A DNA stretch of 64,000 nucleotides from an uncultured Verrucomicrobiae bacterium (GTDB taxonomy: Bacteria; Verrucomicrobiota; Verrucomicrobiia; Chthoniobacterales; Chthoniobacteraceae): the NCBI GenBank assembly GCA_963769025.1, contig CAVYKI010000003.1, forward strand, positions 640,001 through 704,000, given 5' to 3'. Positions 50,101 to 63,320 of this stretch are shown here, in pieces. Under the pieces are notes generated by a model, which saw only the letters and a program-made list of their open reading frames with translations, was not told where the DNA came from and made no database searches. Position 1 is the stretch's first letter, and every line of letters begins with the position of its first letter. Made by a program: the position numbers and the translations under genes.

Positions 50101-53100
50101 GTGCCGGGAACCCCGAGCAGCCCGGCATCGTGGCGGAGACTCAGCGTGCCCCACTGGCCGATGCCCGACGCGACTTTGCGGAAGATATTGCTGGTTTCCA
50201 GTTCGGCGCCGAATCCCGTGGTGCGCCGGACGGTGACTTCGGAGCCGCCGCCGACGGTGATGTCGCCGACGACTTCCCGGTTTGCCGCATGGTCGGTGTT
50301 GTCTCCGACCATGTCGATCACCGCGCTGAAGAGCGTGATCGGCGCGGTGTCCGCCCAGCGACCGCCGCCGCCGATGGTGCCGCCAGCCTGGGTGCCGGTG
50401 GTGCCGCTGCCGGTGAAGGGCGTGTTATTGTCGAAGCGCAGACGCGAGCCGCCGTGAAACACCCAGATGTTGGCGTTGGTGGTCGCGCTGTTGGCTGCGG
50501 TGCCGGAGGCGCCTTCGATGCGGACCTCTCCGAAGACATCCACCTGCCCGGTGCCCAGCGGCGTGCGGAATGTGGTCCCGGTGCTGACCGCGCCGCCCTG
50601 CAGCGACAGGGCGACCCCGCGATACCCGCCGTCGCGATGGCGGGACCGGGTGAGCAGCGTGCCACCGTCGTAGGTGTTGTTGCCGTTGGTATTGAAGGTG
50701 ATGGTGCCGTAGCCCATCACGGCATCCATCACGCCGATGATCATCTTGTTCTCGGTGCCAATGCCTCCTGCCGCGAACTGATCCGCGCCTGCCGTCGCCG
50801 GCTGAAGCGTCATCGTAGCCGTGCCGCCGCCGATCCGGAACTCGCGACCTCCCGTGCCCCAAGGCGTCACGCTGTTCGCAGTCAGGTTGCCGTTGCCGTC
50901 GCCGGAGCCGATAAACCAGTTGGCAAACACGCCGCCGTCGCGCGTCGCCATGAGCGGATCGGCCGAAAGGCTTTGGTTGTTGTCGATGCCCAGCACGCCA
51001 AAGGCCGTGCCGCTGATCACACCCGGGACTGCCAGCGCGGCGGTGATGGAATTGAAGTTGGCGATGGTGCGCGTGCCGATGACCGGGAGCGCCGTGCCGC
51101 TGGTGAAGACCTTCGTGAGGCCGGTCGTCCCGAGCTGCGAGGTGCTGCTGAGCGAAAGTGCGGACCCTGCGAAGAACTGCACCGGACCCGTGCCGAGCGT
51201 GGCGTTCGTCTGGGCCATCCGGGTGTGGCCCTGGAAGTTGTTGTAGCCGCCGGAAAACGTATTGGCCACGTTGTTGTTGAAATACATGAAGTACTGGCCG
51301 GCCTTGTTGAGGGTGCCCGTGCCGCTCACCAGTCCGTTCAGGAACAGGTCCGTGCTGTCCACGCGGAAGAACGGGCTGCCACTCACCACCACCTGGCTTT
51401 CGATGATGATGTCATCCCCGAAGCTCGCGGCCTGGAAGATGACGTAGGGGCTGTTGGTGGTGCGGAAGAAATTCCCGCTCGGCGAGCCGTTCACGCCGAT
51501 GGTGCGGTTGGCCGCGGAGGCACCGCCATTCCGATCAGTGATGAAGGTCACCTGTCCGTTCACCGAGATGTCCTGCCCGGCGGCTGTGAAGACGCTGGAG
51601 TTTCCATTCTGCGCCATGCGCACGATGCCGAAGTTCAATTCAATGTCGCCCGTGCCGCCGACGTCCGAGCCATTGACCGAAGTCACGCGCCATTCACCCG
51701 CATTCAGCGTGAAGCCGCCGGTGAAGCCGGTGTTGGTTCCGTCAAAGCGAAGCACGCCGCCGCCCGTCTTCACGATGGGCGCCGCGCTGGTGATGTTTCC
51801 CTGCAAGTTCCAAGTCGCGGTGTTGACGTTCATGCCCACGGCGCTCGTGCCGCCGATGGTCGTCGTGCCGAGCACGTTCGTGTTGGAGTTGCTGTTGTTC
51901 ATCCGGATCAGCGTGCCCGCGGGCCCGTCCGTGCCGAGGATGTTCAGGTTGTTGAACTGCACCGCCGTGGTGGTGGCGGCTCCGGTGTAGCGCTCCGCCT
52001 GGATCTGCGCGTAGGGGACATTCGCCGCGACGGTCACATCCAGGTTGAATGTCGTGGTGGTGCTGTCGTGCCGCAGGCGCAGGTCGGCAAACTGGTTGCC
52101 ATTGAAGTTATTCGCGTAGTCGGCACCGAGGATGATCGCGGTGGCCGTGCCCACCGTGCCCGCATCCATCGAGGTACAGGCGTCCGCCATTCATCTGGAT
52201 GGTGCCGGTGATGGCGTTGGCGTTATTGGTCAGTCTGGAACCCGCCGGGGCCGTCAAAGGTGAGATTCGCGGCCGTGACGACGCCGCCGAAACGGGAGTT
52301 CGGCGTGCTGTGGCCGCCAAAGACGATGCCTTCCACCGGCGTCGTGCCGTCGCCGAAGTAGATGTCCGTGGTGTTGAAGTTGACACGGTTGGAATCGTCG
52401 CTGCCGAGGATGAGGCCGCCGCTGTGGATGTTGATCTGGCCGCCGTTGAAGATCATGTCCTGCGTCCCGCTGAACTCGTCCACCCGCAGCGCATAGACAT
52501 TGTAGGTGCCGGTGAGCGTGTTGTTGCCGTTCGCCGAGGAATTGTTGGGGTTGAACTGTTCGACGGATGTGGACGTGGCCGCACCGAAGAAGGCATCGCC
52601 GCCGACAGCCGCGTTCGCCGCGAACGGCGCATTCTGATAGCCGAGGTTGATGTCGTAACTGAGGAAGTTCCGGCGTGTCTGATTGATCATCCACGGGGCC
52701 ACGATGCCGTTTGTGAGCGTGGGCGTCACCGCGTTGAAGAGCTTCATCGATTCCAGATTCACCGAACCGAGCTCGTTCGCATTCTCACGCACCGCGAGCG
52801 TGGCCTGGCCGCTGCGGACGATGTCCGCGACATTCAGGCTGATCTGGCCGTTGGTGCCGTTCCGCTCCAGGGTGATGCCCGCCCCGCTCTTGATGGTGAC
52901 GACGCCTACGGTTTCCTGGTTCGCACGACCGCTGCTGATTGATCAGGTTGAGCCCCGCGCCGTCGAGGAGGAGCGGGGTGGTGTCGCCCAGCTTATTCTC
53001 GGTGGCCTCGGTGCCGAGATTGCTCTCGTTCAGGCGCGACGTCATGAAGCTGTCATTCACGTCCATGTTGTAGTCGAGGCGCAGGTTGCCGCCGGGGCGG

Positions 53101-56100
53101 AGGTTGAGCGTGTTGACCTGCGCGCCGGAGTCATCGGTCAGGCGTCCGGCCCCGCGGAGGGTGAGGCGGCCATACACGTCGAACACGGGCGATGCGCTGT
53201 TGCCGGTGAGTTCCAGCAACCGCGGCGATCGACCCGGCATCCGCCACGCGGAAGACGGTGGTGTTGCCGGTGTAGCTCTGGTCGCCGTAGATGCGGATGC
53301 TCGCACCCGAGCCCGAGGGCGTGGCACCCGGGAAAATGGGTGCTTTTCCGAGCTCCACGGAGGCGGTCCCGGTGAGCACGTTCGAATTCACGATGGTGAG
53401 GGTGCCGGAATTGCTGCCGCTGAAGATGTAGCGGTTGTCCACGGTCGCCCCGAGGGTGTCCGCGGTGTAGAAGGTATTCGACACTGCGGAGATGCCCCAC
53501 TGGCCGGAGCCGAGCCGGGCGAGGTTGATGGGCGTGGTCCAGAGACCTTCGCTCAGCCCGAGTGCGATGGAGCCGTCCGTGAGCGAACGCAGGCCGTAAT
53601 CGGTGAGCGGCGCATCCGTGAGCAGGTCCACGCGCGTGGTCGAGCCGCGCTCCGAGCCGTAGATGCGGACTTCCTGGTTGTTCCCGGGATGGAGGACGTT
53701 CGCGGCGGTGAGGATGTTCGAAGGCGCGGTGATGCGGATCGCGGAGCCCTGGTTGACGATGATGTCGCCCGTGCCGGCGTTGGACGTCGCAGTATTCACC
53801 AGCGTGATGCCCGGGGAGCGGATGTCATCCAGCCCACGGGTGCCGAAGATGAACGTGCCACCGGTGATGACCACGCCGCCGCTCCACGTGGCGCTGTTGT
53901 CGCCGCCGATGGAAAGATCGGAGCCGCCGATTTTCGTTCAGCGTGTAGCCCTTGCCACCGTCGGTGATGGTGCCGGCGAGGACGAGCTGGCTGTCCGTCT
54001 GGATCCGGGCGTGGTTCGTCAGCGTGATCGTGCCATCGAAGCGCGGGATGAAATTGTTCGATTGGTTCGTCAGGAAGCGCTGCACGTCCAAGGTCAGGTC
54101 ATTGAAGACCAGCAGCTTGTTCTGACCGGCGCCGGTCGCGCGATCCGTGCGGAAAATGGAGTCGCCGCCCTGGTGGACGACGTTGTTGCCGATGTTGATG
54201 CGCTGCTGGTTGCTGGTGCTGTCGCCGATGGCCAGCGCCGTGAACTGGCCGCCGCGCAGCAGGATCGTGGTGGACTGCCGGGATCGGCCGAGGTGTTGGT
54301 CGTCGGCGTGGCCCACGAGTTGTCGTTCACCCACGCGGCGACGGTGCCGCGCGTGATGTCGAGCGTCTCCAGCGTGTTCGGCTTGTTGCCGTTGATGTTG
54401 CTCAGCGTGAGCGTGCCCGCGCCCGCCTTGACCAGCTTGGAACCGGCGGTGCCGAGGATCTGGCCGTTAAATTCCTGGCTGCTGTCCTCGCGGCCCACGG
54501 TGAGCGTGTTGCCGCCGAGGATCAGCGTGCCGGCGGAGAACTGGAACGAGTTGCTCGGGTTGAGCGCGGAGAGGTTGCCGAACTCCTGGTCAAAGCCGCC
54601 CAGGTCCACCGTCGTGCCCGGGGACATGATGAGGACCGAGCCGCTGGTGCCGGCCAGATTCGAGAAGAACGGCAGCACATTCGCCGCGGTGAATTTCAGC
54701 GTGCCGCGGTTGAGCTCGATGTTGCCCTGAAACTGCTGCACCGCGCCGATCTCCAGCGTGCCGGCGCCGAACTTCGTGAGGACGGTGGTCAGCGTGTTGT
54801 TGGAGTTGTTGCGGAAGTTCCGGATCGGGACGTTCAGCGAGGAGATTGCCGCGTCGTCCACGTAGAGCGAGAGGGCGGTGTCCTCGATGTTGATGCGCGA
54901 GCCCGCGGCGCCGTTAATGTCGGCGCCGTTGTTCAGGATGATGCCGCCGCCGTTGGCCGGCGTGGCGGTGTCTCCGACGAGCAGCCGGAAGCCGCCGAGA
55001 TCGATGTTGGTATCCGTGCGGAACGCGAAGACCCCGCGGTCGGCCGTGAGCGTGCCGCCAACACCGGTGGCGTCGAAGACCTGCGTGGAGCCGGCGACGG
55101 TGTCGATGTTGCCCGTCGCGCCGCCATAGGCGTACGTGCCCACGCTGGTGGCTCCGCCGGTGATGTAGTTCGCGGCGTTGTTCGTGCCGGTCGTGGTGTG
55201 GACCGCCCAGGGACCGACGATGCCGTTCACATTGGCGAGCGCGGAGGTGAAGGTGAAATTTTCCTCCGTGCCGAGCGCGCCGCGGACGGGGACAAAGCTC
55301 ACCGTGCCGGCCGCCCCGCTGCGGACGAGCGAACCGAATCGCAAAGTCGTGGTGAAGGCGTCCGCCGCGAGGTCTTCGACCCCGACGCGGGCACCGCCGG
55401 ACACCGTCAAGGCACCCGTGCTGGTGGTGGTGGAACTTGCTCCCGCCAGCCCGCGCAACTGGACCTCCGCATCGAGGATCGTCATGCCCCCCGTGCCGAA
55501 CGGGCTGCCGCTGGTCGCCTGCGCGTGGCCGATGAGGATGCCCTGCGTGACCGTGGTGAGGCCGGTGTACGTGTTGCCGGTCCCGGTGGAGGGATTGAGG
55601 ATCACGGTGCCGTTGCCCAGCTTGTTGATGTCGAAGCCGCCGCTGATCACGCCGGTGAAGGTGGTATCGCCACCGACGAAGGACGAGAGCGCCATGCCGC
55701 GCGTGGAGAGGCTCACATTGCCGCTGAAGGTCTTCGCGCCCGCGTCCAGGCCGCCGAGGGTCTGCACGTTGCCGGTGCCGGTGTTGATGAAGTTCCGGCT
55801 GATGTTGCGGACGCCCGACGCGAGGATCTCGGAGAAGACATTGTTCCGGAAGGTGACGGTCGAGGAACCCCCACCGAGAGCAGCGTCATCCCCGAGGACG
55901 ATGTAGCCGTTGGAAATCGTGACGGTGCCCAGGAATCCCGGGCTGGCCGCATTCAGAACGAGGGAACCCTCGTCATGCTTCTCGAGGGCGATCGTGCCGG
56001 CGCCGGTGATCGGGCCGGTGATGGTCGTGAGCGCTCCGCGGGTGCGCAGGCTGATGGAGCTCGTGAGCGTAAGGCTCCGGGGATTTCGATCCTGTAGCCG

Positions 56101-59100
56101 TTCGCACCGTCGAAAAACAACGCGCTGCTGCCCGAGCTTCCGACCGTGTAACCCCCGGCATGCGAGATCGTGAGATCGGGCAGGATGACGGTGACATCCT
56201 CCGAGCCCGCAGTCGTCGGGCCGACCGAGATGACGCGCGAGGACTCCGGCATTGCCACCGGTGCCGGTAGTCATCGTGGCATTGGCGATGAGTGTGCGGA
56301 CCTGCGCCATCGATGCGGAAATCGATATCGGAAATGCGGTCGCTGTTCGTGTTGAACTGCAAGCTCGATGCAGGTGAACCGGCGGCGCCGACGTGCGTGA
56401 GGACCAGGCGGCCCTGTTGCACGATGGTGTTGCCGTCATAGGTGTTGTCGGCGGTCAGGATGAGCATGCCGCCGTTCATCTTTTGCAGCGTCTGGGCACC
56501 CGTGGCCTGGTCACCGATGATGCCGTTGACGGTCACGAGGCCCCGGTCCGGGGTGTAAACATTGTCGCTCCCGATGAGGAGGGAGATGGTGTTGGCCGAG
56601 TTGGCGAAGTTGATGTTGTTGACGGCCAGGTCGGTGAAGTTGTTGCCGATGCTGAAGACTTGCAGCGTCCGGTTGGCGTCGAACGTCAGGTCGCCCATTT
56701 GCGTGGTATTGAAACCGCCGCCCCCGAGCGTCGTGGTGCGGATTGTGCCTGTGCCACCGATGACGCTCACATTCCGAGCCGCATACTGCGTGCCGACCGA
56801 GCCGCCGAAGTTCCCACCCGCCACGTCGAGCCGGAGTTCGCCCGAACGGATGGTGATGTCCGCCGTGCCGGTGCCCAGCGCCGCGTTTTCGCCGACCTGC
56901 AGGATGCCGCCGCTGCCGATGGTCACCGTGCCGGAGAAGTTTGGCTGCGCCTTCGGGATGTAGATGGTGCCGTCCGTGTAATTGCGGTCCGTATTGTCCG
57001 GAGCGCCGATGATGAGCGGGAAGGCGCCCTGGAGCACGTCGGCATTCGCGATGGTGAACACTGCGGAGTTGTTGCTGTTGCCACCGAAGCGGTAGGCCTG
57101 GACCGCACCGCCCGAGGGCGAGAGGGTCGTGCCGGTGAAGACGGCGCCGCCATTGTCCGCGCCAAACCAGACCTCGACATTCGGCGCGACCGCAAAGATC
57201 AGCCCGGGGATGTCCGCCTGGAAGTTGCGGTTGCTGCCGAGGATCACGGAGATACGGCGCGCCTGGCCGCTCTGGTTGTTGGCGATCAGGAAATTGTTCC
57301 CGCCCGTGTTGGGAATGCCCCCGGTGGCGGTGAAGCTGTTGAAGGTGATGGTCGGATTACCGAGCGCGTCCAGGCCCGTGCCGTAGCCCGGCCCGAGGTC
57401 GAGCGCCGCAGGCGTGTCGTTGCTGATGTTTTGAAGGATGACCACCTGCCGTGAGCCGATGTTGCCGGGGCCCTCGATGTAGAGGAGGCCGCCCTGGTTG
57501 ATCTGAATGTCGTTGCCCGCGACGTTTGCGCCCGCAGTGCCGGTGCCGCTCAGCCAGACTTCGCCTTCGCTGATGATGGTGCCGCCCTCGTAGCTCTTGG
57601 GCGTGTTGAAGATCAGTTCGCCACCGCCGCGCTTGACGATGCCGCCATTGGTGATGTCGCCCGAGATGATGCCCATCACCGCGCGGTTTCCGCCGGACGC
57701 GCTCCCATCGAGGCGGATGTAGCGCTGCTCTCCGCCGAGATCGAGGGCATTGACGAGCGTGGCGACATGCGTGGCGTTGCCGCCATTGAGCGTGAAGACA
57801 CCGGGATTGAACGTCGCGCTGCCCCACGTGACCGCGGAGCCCATGCCGCCGAAGTTGATGTCGATCGGCGCACCATAGGCCGAAAATCCGGACCCGGTGC
57901 CGCCGAGGAACTGCACCTGCCCGACTCCCGTGCCGAGGGCGCGCGTGAAGTGGCCGTCGTTTTCGTACGTGCTCTGGTTGATCGCCGACCCGCCGAAGGT
58001 GAGATTGCCCGAGCCGAGCGCCACGGCTTTGGAGCCGATGACCCCGCGGAACTGGCCTTCGTTGATGAACGTGGTGCCGGTGTAGCTGTTGGCGGTCACG
58101 AAGGAAGCCGTGCCGCCCCCGGTCTTGACAACCGAGACCTTGTTCAGGCCGTTATCCGTGACGTCGGAGATGATGGTGCTCGAGTTCGTGCCGATGAGAT
58201 ACAGCTCGTAACTGCTGGCCGCACCCGCGGTGAGGAAGGGCACGGAGATCGTGTGCGTGGTGTTGCCGGTCGTGATGACGCCGCCGGCGTCCACGATGAG
58301 CGTCGTCCCCGGGTCGCCACTGAGCGTGCGCGCCGTGGTGCCCGCCATGTTCAGCGACTGAACAGTGCGGTTCGCGGTGATGGTGCGGTTGCCGCTGGTG
58401 ACCTTGATGTTCTGCCCCGCTGCCCAAGTCCCCTCCGCGGTGTCGATGGCGTAGTCTGCATTGCCCAAGGTCGCATAACCAAAGCCACCCAAGGTGGTGT
58501 CATTGTACTTCAGGAATTCAGTCTGCGTGGTCGAACTGCCGAACCCGTAAGCCCAGCCGCCGACGAAGGCCACATCGCCAGTACCCTCGATGGCGGAATT
58601 GAGGATCCTGTATTGCGCTCCGGCACCGATGCCATTGGCCGCGCCACCATCGCCAGACATGCGAAGTGTAGTGCCAGCGTTGCGGGCGAAGCTGGTCAGC
58701 GTGATCGTGTGAGCAGCACCGCTCGTGGTATCCCGGAGATCGATGAGCGCGTCGCCTGACGTGAGCGTCACGGGGCCGACCACTTCATTCCAAACCGTGG
58801 TGTTGGTATTGTTGAACGCATTGTTTTCCAAGCGGATGCGCCCGGCGCTCAGGAAGATTGGAATATCGTCATCGACCTGATTCTGAAAGGCGGCCCCACC
58901 CGTCGTCTGGGTCGCGAGCATCTGCAGAAGGCCATTCTTAATCGTGATCGACGAGATGTTCTCGTAGCCGTTGACCCCGGTGGTCACGCTGGAACCCTCC
59001 GCACGAAGTTCACCCAACTCCGATAAAATCGTGCCGCTCACGGTCGACGCGGTGTTCGTGATACGAAAACCGCTGAGGCCGTAGTGGACAATGTTGCCGG

Positions 59101-60562
59101 TCCCGGTGACCACGCCGGAGAGGGAGACAAACCCGATGCCGCCCGCGCGCAGCGTATACCCTGGCGTAGCGCCCATGGAAAATGCGCCACTGAGCGTGAA
59201 CGTGCCCGTGAGGTCCGCTTGAATGCGCGCATCGTCGGCGAGGGTCACGGCACCGTTGACCGTCGTGCCGTTCGCACCCATCAGATTGCGCAGCGCGCCG
59301 TTGTTCCGGAAGCCGTTGCCGCTGATCGTGACGATCTCCGCCGGGTTGCCGATGGCGCCCGAGCCGTTCGCATCCGGTCCGAAGGCGAGCGTGCCGCCGG
59401 CAGTCACCACGGTCTCGTTGCCGGCCCCGATGGCACCGAGCACCGCGCCATCGTTGGCGAACGGCACGTCAAGGATCATGCCCCCGCTGATCGTCGTCAC
59501 GCCCGTGTAGGAACTCGTGCCGCGAAGGACCAGTGTGCCGTCGCCCGTCTTGCTCAGCCCGCCGCCACCCGAGATGTTGCCGGTGGAGACGACGAGACCC
59601 TCGGCGACATTGATGTCCCCCGAGAATGAATTCGCCCCGGAGAGCACCAGCGTCCCCGTTCCGAGCTTGGTGAGACCGCCGGTGTTCGTGCTGTCGATGA
59701 TGCCGAACATTTCCACATTCTGGCCGTTCGTATCGAGTTTGATGGATGCGGCGCTGTTCTTGATGACCGGCGAGTAGTCCGTCCCCGTGGCGCTGTCCGC
59801 CGTGTACTGCAGCGTGCCGCCGCCGAAGGTAATGACGCCCACGGTTCCCAAGGCGTCCGCGCTGCCTGCACGCAGGATGCCGGCGTTGATGAAAGTGTCG
59901 CCCAGGTAAGTCGCCATCCCGCCGAGCACCAGATTACCCGCGCCCGACTTCGTGAGCGACCAGAAATTGCCACCGTCATCGATATCCGAAAGCACCGTGA
60001 GCGTCTTGCCCGCGGCGACATTCCAGTCGTTGTTCCCGCCGAGGAGGACAGAACCCCCGAGCCCGCTCCGGATGGTCGCCGACTCGTTTGCGATGATGCC
60101 GGTGTTCAGCGTGAGGCTGTACGTGTCCGTGAAAATCGTGTAGGTCCCGCTGTTCGGCGTATTGAACGTGAGACTGCCCGCGGTGACGGCCGACCCGAGC
60201 GCCACGGTGCGGGCGATGCCCGAGGTGCCGCCACCGAAGATCGCGTCGTCGGGAGTGGCGTTGTTCCATGTCGTATCGCCGGCGCCCGTGTTCCAGTTTC
60301 CGATGCCGTTGGCCCAGATCTGATACTGGTTGGTGGTGAAACCGAGATTGCCGTCCTGAACTGCGGCACCGTCCCCGGTGAGAACATCCCATATCAGCGA
60401 AGCCCCCCGGGCCGGCGCGACCGTGGTCGCCAGCATGACAGAAGCCGCGAGCAGCGCCGCGGAGCCCGCAAGGATGCGACTGCAAACCGGCTTGCGAGAT
60501 TCGAACGCCGGCTGCTTTTTGTGTTTGCGGCTCGTGCGGAGGTTGAGGCGGTTTGCTTTCAT
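47164..60562 (-). CDS. Giant (~4,460 codon) surface protein with autotransporter-associated beta-strand repeats and PEP-CTERM; about ten frameshifts
   Basis: Extended basic signal peptide, many LTK.G.GTL.L...N.Y.G.T repeats continuing across consecutive ORF fragments, and C-terminal VPVPEPATSALIGSIALCALIGYRERRR. Confidence 0.88.
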
Positions 60563-61313
60563 TGGATAAGGAGGGTTGGGTTCGCTCGGAGGGGGAGATT
60601 GCGTGATGAGAAAATGGGGGTTTGCTCGCAGATGCTTCAGAGGGGCAGCACGTGCGCGCTTCCCCCCGCGCAAGGCGGGCATTCGATCGGGCATCGCCGT
60701 GCTCCGGAGCCGCGCGGACGTACGCGGTTGATGCGGAAATTTATCACGCGCAGGCGGGAAGTGCTGGAGGGGGTCGTTTTCATTCGGGAGTCAGTGCTGA
60801 CAGCCCGAGAAATAGGCCACGGACGCCAATCCGCGCAAAACGATCACAAGACCCCAGAAACCGAGGGCCGGATGGCTAATCAAACGACAAATCCGTGGCA
60901 GTTTTTACGACACGAATGTCGTGTTGCGAAGCCGCTCCGCGTGGCTCTGAAACACGGGACTCCCGGCCTCATCAGAGGGAATGCCGCCCACTCGCCTGCC
61001 AATCCTACGGAAACCACCGTCCGGACTCACGACGAAGGCGCGTCGTCGAAACATTCGCCGCAGCGTGCGGGAACCGGCGGCGGCGATTTGGAAACTGCCG
61101 AGGCCGGTCCGTGAATGCGGGTCGAAACAACCATCCGCAGAGCCCCTGTGACAATCGCGAAGGCGCGTAGGCTAGACGCCTTCCTAATTTATTATCTCAC
61201 ACGGGGAAAGTCGTGTGCGGCATCGCCGTGAGCCGTGAAGTCGCCTCCTGCGTCGGGTGCACCCGCGCGTCCTACCGCCCTTCGAAAACGCGGGCCGGGC
61301 CCGGGCGCCGCAG

Positions 61314-61997
61314 TCACTCCTCCAAATCCTTCACCCAGTTCGCGGCGACGGAATACAGCTGCGTGGCGCTGCCGACCCCGAGCTTCTCCCGGACGCGGGC
61401 GCGGTACGTCTCCACGGTCGAATTCCCGAGGTTCAACGCTTTCGCGATGTCCTTCACGCTATGCCCCCGGCCGATGAGTTGGAAAATCTCCAGTTCACGG
61501 TCGGTCAGCGCCTCCACCCCCATCTGGGTCGTCGAAGCCGAGCCCGAGGCCATCCGTTTCAGCAGGCTCGATGTCACCTCGGCACTCAAATAAATCTCGC
61601 CGGCCAACACCTGCCTCATGGCCTTCATCAGCTCGGACGCCGGCTGCGATTTGTTGATGTATCCCCTGCCGCCAGCCTGCAAAACGCGCTCCGCGTAGAG
61701 CGACTCCTTGTGCATGGACAATACGAGCGTTGGCAGCTGGATCTCCTGCGAACGGATATCCTTGAGAAATTCCAACCCCCCAGGCCCGTCCTTCAGGCTG
61801 ATGTCCACGACGGCGAAATCCGGGCTGGCCTGCCGGATGATCTCCATGGCATCCCTGATATTGTCCACGGCACCGCATATCTCCATGTCCGGTTCCTCGG
61901 TGATGATTCGCGCAATCTGGTCGCGAAACATGGGGTGATCCTCGACGAGAAGCACTTTGATCTTTTTGGCGTCCGTTTGCTGGTTTGATGGACTCAT
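61314..61997 (-). CDS. NarL/LuxR-family response regulator
   Basis: LVEDHPMFR, VDISL, LSMH, LTDRELEIFQLIGRG, TVETYRARVREKL. Confidence 0.95.
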   Translation of the reverse strand: MSPSNQQTDAKKIKVLLVEDHPMFRDQIARIITEEPDMEICGAVDNIRDAMEIIRQASPDFAVVDISLKDGPGGLEFLKDIRSQEIQLPTLVLSMHKESLYAERVLQAGGRGYINKSQPASELMKAMRQVLAGEIYLSAEVTSSLLKRMASGSASTTQMGVEALTDRELEIFQLIGRGHSVKDIAKALNLGNSTVETYRARVREKLGVGSATQLYSVAANWVKDLEE

Positions 61998-63052
61998 GGG
62001 CTGAGAGTGTTGGTTCGTCGCTTAGCTCCGGCATCGTCTGAAAGCAAGCAGACGACCCGCGTTCCCCGGGGGATGCGGGGAAGCAATTGAATCAGGGCCC
62101 CCATCTGCGCGGCCCGGTAATTCATCGTGCGAAGGCCAATTCCCCTCGTCATGCCCGATTCGGGCCGGACTCCGATACCGTCGTCCGCGATCTCGAGTTC
62201 GACCCGCCCTCCCGCTGTGGACAGTTTCACGGCGATGTTTCGCGCCTTGGAATGTTTGATTGAGTTGCTCACTGCTTCCTGGGCGATCCGATAGAGGTGC
62301 ATCGCCGCCTCGGGTTCCAGTCTTGCCGTGTGCCCGGATTGCGAAAAAGTGACCCGGACGCCCTCAGCCACGATGGTGCTCATCGATACGAGTTCATCCA
62401 GCGCCACAGGAAGTCCTTCGCTGCCCATCTGGACGGGAAAAAGTCCGTGCGCAAGCCGCCGGGTCTCCGTTAGCGCTTTCCTCACGTAGCCTTCCGCTTC
62501 GCGGCACTTGGCGGCTTCGTCCGGGCGCTCCGGGGCCAGTCGTTTCGCCAGCGACTCCATCGCGAGCGCGGTGCCGGAAAGCAACTGGCACACTCCGTCG
62601 TGCAATTCACGGCCGAAATGGCGCTGCTGTTCCTCAAGCTCGTTCAAGATATCCCTCCGAAGCTCTGCTTCCCGCTGCAAATCCCTCTGAACCGCTCCTG
62701 CCCTCTCTCGCTCGTACGCCTCCAAATTTCTCAGGAGCGCCGCCCCGAAAGCGACGAAGAGCAAGTACGCAGTGCGGGTGACGGTCACCCACGCAAACGC
62801 GATTTCGGAATGATAAGGGTGGGAGCTCCAGTTCCCCAGCCACCAAACCGACGCAGACGCCAATGCGAACGCCACCGCTACCCGTCGGTTGACCGCGTAA
62901 CCAACCACGAAAATCGGCAGCCCGTAAAAAAAGAACATGCTGAATTCCCATCCGGTGATAAAATCGAGCGTGCCGATGCCGAGCGTGGCAACCGCCGCCA
63001 GCACGACCACCCAACGTTCGGGTAATTTTCGGAAATCGGACAGCCAGGACAT
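61994..63052 (-). CDS. Membrane sensor histidine kinase (HisKA_3 type); start approximate
   Basis: N-terminal TM helices, RELHDGVCQ, YRIAQEAVSNSIKH, DDGIG, GIGL..M..RA. Confidence 0.92.
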   Translation of the reverse strand: MSWLSDFRKLPERWVVVLAAVATLGIGTLDFITGWEFSMFFFYGLPIFVVGYAVNRRVAVAFALASASVWWLGNWSSHPYHSEIAFAWVTVTRTAYLLFVAFGAALLRNLEAYERERAGAVQRDLQREAELRRDILNELEEQQRHFGRELHDGVCQLLSGTALAMESLAKRLAPERPDEAAKCREAEGYVRKALTETRRLAHGLFPVQMGSEGLPVALDELVSMSTIVAEGVRVTFSQSGHTARLEPEAAMHLYRIAQEAVSNSIKHSKARNIAVKLSTAGGRVELEIADDGIGVRPESGMTRGIGLRTMNYRAAQMGALIQLLPRIPRGTRVVCLLSDDAGAKRRTNTLSP

Positions 63053-63320
63053 CTGCGCTTGATGGAACAAATGGAGTGGTTCTGCAATCATTCCCAGCTT
63101 GGGAGAGGCGTGCGCATCGATACCTTGCCACGTCTGGAACGGTTTGCGCATTCGAGCTTAGTGGGGCACCAGGATCGTTTTGGCAAAACGAAGCCCGTGT
63201 CGTAAACATTGCGACCAACTTGTAGCGTTAGCGACCGTCGCGTGATGGGTTTCTACGGCCTGCCGATCGTTTTGCAGGCCACGCTCCCGTAAGCGTACTT
63301 GGGGTTTAACACCATTTGCC

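Noticed and set aside
345..52211. Numerous long antisense or alternate-frame ORFs (e.g. 345..1658-, 8420..10276+, 39288..40997-, 49443..52211+)
   Set aside because: Shadow ORFs expected in high-GC DNA. They are Arg/Ala/Gly-rich, have no family motifs and overlap well-supported genes.
47164..60562. Programmed frameshifting or phase variation in the giant gene
   Set aside because: No evident slippery or homopolymer tracts at the shifts, and the same indel pattern affects unrelated housekeeping-type genes.
60700..61300. ncRNA, riboswitch or CRISPR array in the long intergenic region
   Set aside because: Only a short AAGGCG/CGCCTT hairpin (~61160-61182) was seen. There are no spaced direct repeats or recognisable RNA motif; an Infernal scan would be needed.
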